From assembly GCA_030599585.1 (NCBI GenBank), contig JAUVNS010000002.1, forward strand, positions 160,001-224,000: 64,000 nt of DNA, written 5' to 3'. Shown here piece by piece: positions 60,893-64,000 of this stretch. Position numbers and translations under genes: made by a program. This DNA is from Promethearchaeota archaeon. Lineage in GTDB: Archaea; Asgardarchaeota; Lokiarchaeia; Sigyniarchaeales; SOKP01. Positions within the stretch are counted from its first letter, which is position 1. Every line of letters starts with the position of its first letter. Under the pieces are notes generated by a model that searched no databases, had not been told where the DNA came from, and was given only the letters and a program-made list of their open reading frames with translations.

Positions 60893-61738
60893 TCAACCCT
60901 TAGCATAAGTACCAAGAGCGTAAAAATAATCTAATTTTTGAAGAATATTTTTTCCATAACTCATTTTTAGATTTACTTCATTTTCTCTTTTAGTTAGTTT
61001 AATCAAGTCAAATAACCTATAAGAGAATTTCGAATGTTTTGGGAATATTATATTATTAGCTCCAAGTAAAATGCCCATTTTAATGAGTTCCACAGCAACG
61101 CTTAAATTTTTTGCAATTAAGGGTCCTAATCTTAATCCAGAGATTAAAGCATAACCTTTTTTTTCAACAATAATTAATTTCGAACCATGAGTCAACTTTA
61201 TGCTCAAAAATTCACGCCTGTCAAATCCAATTGCAGCTCTGTCAATATTAGCAGCCCATTCAGGAAGCTTTTTAAGAACATTCACATTTTCATTTACTTT
61301 TTGTGTTTCATGTAATTGGCTTGGTAAATCGTACAAGGCTGTAGTATAATTGCTTCGAAAGCCAAATTTTTGATAAATAGGAGCTCCTAATTCTGATGCG
61401 TATAGCATGAAAGTCTTACACCCTTTCCTTTTACCTATTTTTACCAAACTATTAAATATAGAAGTGCCTAGTCCTTTGGACCTTACTTCTGGAAGAACTG
61501 CCATATACCCAATAGAACAAGTATCTCCGAAGAAAAATATACCCCCTAATCCAATAATGATACCGTCTTCCTCAGCAACTAAGAATTCTGCAATATCATA
61601 CTTTATTAGGCTTGTTAGCAACTTTTCTTGGTTTTCAAGATCGGGGGGAATTGTACGATTAAAAGATCTATAGAGAATTATTAAAGATTTATGGAGCTCA
61701 TTTATTTTTAATTCTCTAATTAGAAAAGGTTGCATCAT
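60893..61738 (-). CDS. GNAT N-acetyltransferase (YitH-like)
   Basis: MAVLPEVRSKGLG, LYASELGAPIYQKFGF, second domain D...GFDRR and LGPLIA. Confidence 0.87.
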   Translation of the reverse strand: MMQPFLIRELKINELHKSLIILYRSFNRTIPPDLENQEKLLTSLIKYDIAEFLVAEEDGIIIGLGGIFFFGDTCSIGYMAVLPEVRSKGLGTSIFNSLVKIGKRKGCKTFMLYASELGAPIYQKFGFRSNYTTALYDLPSQLHETQKVNENVNVLKKLPEWAANIDRAAIGFDRREFLSIKLTHGSKLIIVEKKGYALISGLRLGPLIAKNLSVAVELIKMGILLGANNIIFPKHSKFSYRLFDLIKLTKRENEVNLKMSYGKNILQKLDYFYALGTYAKG

Positions 61739-61774
61739 ATTCTAATAAAAATAGCTAATTATGAAATAAAAAAA

Positions 61775-62377
61775 TTATTGCATTGAATCATATCCCATTA
61801 AGAGAGCTTTTAAATTGGCGTCAATTGCTTTTTTTGGTACAACTTTAGGTACTACTACCTCTAATTGACTTAAACTTAATGGAAATCCTTCAGTTTTAAC
61901 CAGTGCCCCTAATAAAACTAAATTTGAGGTAAGAGGGTTGCCAGCTTCATTTGCGATACTAGTAGCATCTACTAAATGAATATTTTTTGTGATTTTTTCC
62001 AGTTGCCTAAGAATAGTTTCTATTGATATATAGGTTTCTTCGTTGTTGTTTACTCTGTCAAATGTGCTCTGAACGGGATTCCAAGTGTAATTGTTAATGA
62101 TTGTAATCCCATTAGGTTTTAGAAATTCAACGTACCTTAGAGCTTCGATCGCTTCCATCCCTAACAGAGCGTCAGCTTCTCCGTATGGTATTAACGGTGA
62201 AAAAGTATTTTCTCCTATTCGAATATGTGTATATATTGACCCCGATCTCTGGGCTAGACCATGAGTTTCTGCTGTTCTGATGCCAATTCCAAATTCTGCA
62301 CAAGCTATTCCGATGACATTAGAAACGAGCATCAAGCCTTGACCTCCTACGCCACAGGTCATAAGATTATAAGTCAT
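61775..62377 (-). CDS. iorB: Indolepyruvate:ferredoxin oxidoreductase beta subunit
   Basis: GVGGQG, ETHGLAQRSGS, SPLIP.GEAD, NLVLLGA. Confidence 0.93.
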   Translation of the reverse strand: MTYNLMTCGVGGQGLMLVSNVIGIACAEFGIGIRTAETHGLAQRSGSIYTHIRIGENTFSPLIPYGEADALLGMEAIEALRYVEFLKPNGITIINNYTWNPVQSTFDRVNNNEETYISIETILRQLEKITKNIHLVDATSIANEAGNPLTSNLVLLGALVKTEGFPLSLSQLEVVVPKVVPKKAIDANLKALLMGYDSMQ

Positions 62378-64000
62378 GTCGTACCTCCCGTTTTTTTTCG
62401 TAAGTCTTAATTACGTCCATCTCAGATATGTTTTCATGATTTGTGTAAGGACAAATAATTGAACATACTCCACACCCATCACATAGTTCAGGGGATATGT
62501 ATGAAGAATAGCCTTTCCATTCTTTTTCATTATTGTCAGTGAATTGTTTTATTTGAGTATCCATGCTAATTGCTGGACAATAGAAGTCTCTCATACATGT
62601 ATGGCATTTACGACAAATATCTTGATCAACAAAGAACGGTTGTATTTTTTCTCCTCTTTTCCTTTTGTTTCGATCCTCCCATAATGCACAAGAACCTCTA
62701 GATATAATAACTGTTGGACCTCTTTCATCCAATGCTTTTTTAAAAGAGGGGATGCAATTTTTAGCGTCAAAACAATCATTAATTATAATGTTCTTAAATC
62801 CTATTCCTCTTAAGATGTCTTCAATATTGATTTTAGTTTTATTGTCAGCGAGTCCATATCCAGTTCCTGGATTTATCTGTTGTCCTGTCATTGCTGTAAT
62901 TGAATTGTCAAGAATTATTACAATTACATCTTCATTGTTATGGCAAATATTAACCATTCCCGGTAAACCTGCATGGAAAAAAGTGCTGTCTCCGATTACA
63001 GAAATTATTTTCTCTTTAGCAGCTAAAGAGATACCACTTCCAGCACCAAGCGTAGCACCCATTGATAACAACAAGTCATCACCGTTCAATTTTGGATAAA
63101 TTTTATTGTTTAAAAGAAGCATAGAATAGCAGCCAATATCGTTTATAAGTGCAATTTCATTAGACTTACCACTTACTGCTCTTTGGAGCGCCCAAAACGT
63201 AGCTCGATGAGGACATCCTGGGCAAAATACAGGGATTCTAACAGGTAATATAGATTTTAATTCCTCAGCTTTTTTTACAATAGCATCATAGTCGGTAGTT
63301 GTTTTTACATCAAAGATATTCTTAAAGACCTTGAAAACTATGGGGATGTTATATTCAAATGCTTCGCTAAAATGACCCGAATCTTTACCAATTACTTTTA
63401 GATCAAGGTTAATATCTTTTGCTAGAATTTTAACATGATTTTCAAGATATGGAGAAAGTTCCTCGACGATAATCACCTTTTCTAAGTTATTTATAAATGA
63501 CGAAATTACTTTGTTAGGAAGAGGGTAAGTCGTTCCTAATTTTAAGATAGGTGGATTGATATTAAGTTTGTTACATACTTCTAGCACATAGTTATACGAA
63601 ACACCAGATACAATTACACCAGTTTTGGAAGACCCTTCAGTGACTGTATTGAATTCAGAAGTTTCAAACTCAGCTTTTATTTGATCTCTTCGTTCTAACA
63701 TTTTTAATTTGAGCTCACGAGCTTTTGATCCGACAGTAGCATATTTTTTATTAAACGATCGAAAGCTTCCTTTACGGAATTCGGTCCGATTTAACGGTTC
63801 TAAAGGTACAATTGTAGATTGATGGTTAATTCGAGTCGTGGTCCTTACTAACACAAGGGTTTGGTGTTTTTCGGAAATCTCAAATGCAGCTTTTACCATA
63901 CTCTTTGCTTCCACGGGATCAGTTGGCTCTAGCATGGGAATATAAGAATTAGAAGCAAAAAATCTCCCATCTTCTTCACTTTGTGAAGAATGACAATAAG
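62367..64000 (-). CDS. iorA: Indolepyruvate:ferredoxin oxidoreductase alpha subunit (5' end beyond the window)
   Basis: FCPGCPH, DIGCY, IGDSTFFHAG, LDNSITAMTGQQ, two ferredoxin motifs; frame open to the window edge. Confidence 0.93.
   Translation of the reverse strand, partial: YCHSSQSEEDGRFFASNSYIPMLEPTDPVEAKSMVKAAFEISEKHQTLVLVRTTTRINHQSTIVPLEPLNRTEFRKGSFRSFNKKYATVGSKARELKLKMLERRDQIKAEFETSEFNTVTEGSSKTGVIVSGVSYNYVLEVCNKLNINPPILKLGTTYPLPNKVISSFINNLEKVIIVEELSPYLENHVKILAKDINLDLKVIGKDSGHFSEAFEYNIPIVFKVFKNIFDVKTTTDYDAIVKKAEELKSILPVRIPVFCPGCPHRATFWALQRAVSGKSNEIALINDIGCYSMLLLNNKIYPKLNGDDLLLSMGATLGAGSGISLAAKEKIISVIGDSTFFHAGLPGMVNICHNNEDVIVIILDNSITAMTGQQINPGTGYGLADNKTKINIEDILRGIGFKNIIINDCFDAKNCIPSFKKALDERGPTVIISRGSCALWEDRNKRKRGEKIQPFFVDQDICRKCHTCMRDFYCPAISMDTQIKQFTDNNEKEWKGYSSYISPELCDGCGVCSIICPYTNHENISEMDVIKTYEKKREVRHDL

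Noticed and set aside
395-63099. Numerous short antisense or overlapping ORFs (e.g. 6570..7073, 32660..33139, 62665..63099)
   Set aside because: Shadows of well-supported genes, with the F/S/L/I-rich composition expected from reverse-translated K/E codons.
1-64000. CRISPR arrays, tRNA/rRNA genes, transposases or integrases
   Set aside because: None recognised by eye; tRNAscan-SE, Infernal and ISEScan would be needed to exclude them formally.

Overview
AT-rich archaeal chromosome segment. Archaeal EndA, an A/V-type ATPase, IorAB, split PurS/Q/L and lineage-type hypothetical proteins fit Asgard archaea (Lokiarchaeia-like); this assignment is an inference. About 55 CDSs; no rRNA, tRNA, CRISPR array or transposase was recognised. 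Blocks: (1) cdr/PfkB/coiled-coil/MEMO1/endA. (2) A metal/phosphate transport locus with a ZIP-like protein carrying a ~420-aa helical repeat insert, DUF47 and two VIT1 paralogs. (3) 2-hydroxyacyl-CoA dehydratase genes bracketing a minus-strand block: Ddl-like ATP-grasp ligase, Orr-like racemase, single-chain glutamate-mutase-like B12 enzyme and opine dehydrogenase. This block is the best candidate for an undescribed pathway. (4) An amino-sugar cluster (glmU-like, glmS, nagB, glmM) interrupted by a GC-richer, convergently split nine-gene A/V-ATPase and by a DUF4062-NACHT-TPR (NWD/TEP1-like) STAND protein. (5) An AGPS-like FAD oxidoreductase/Fe-S protein/FGGY kinase operon. (6) purC-S-Q-L. (7) Tandemly duplicated dppBC, a GNAT and iorAB. 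All calls come from motif recognition by eye, without database searches.
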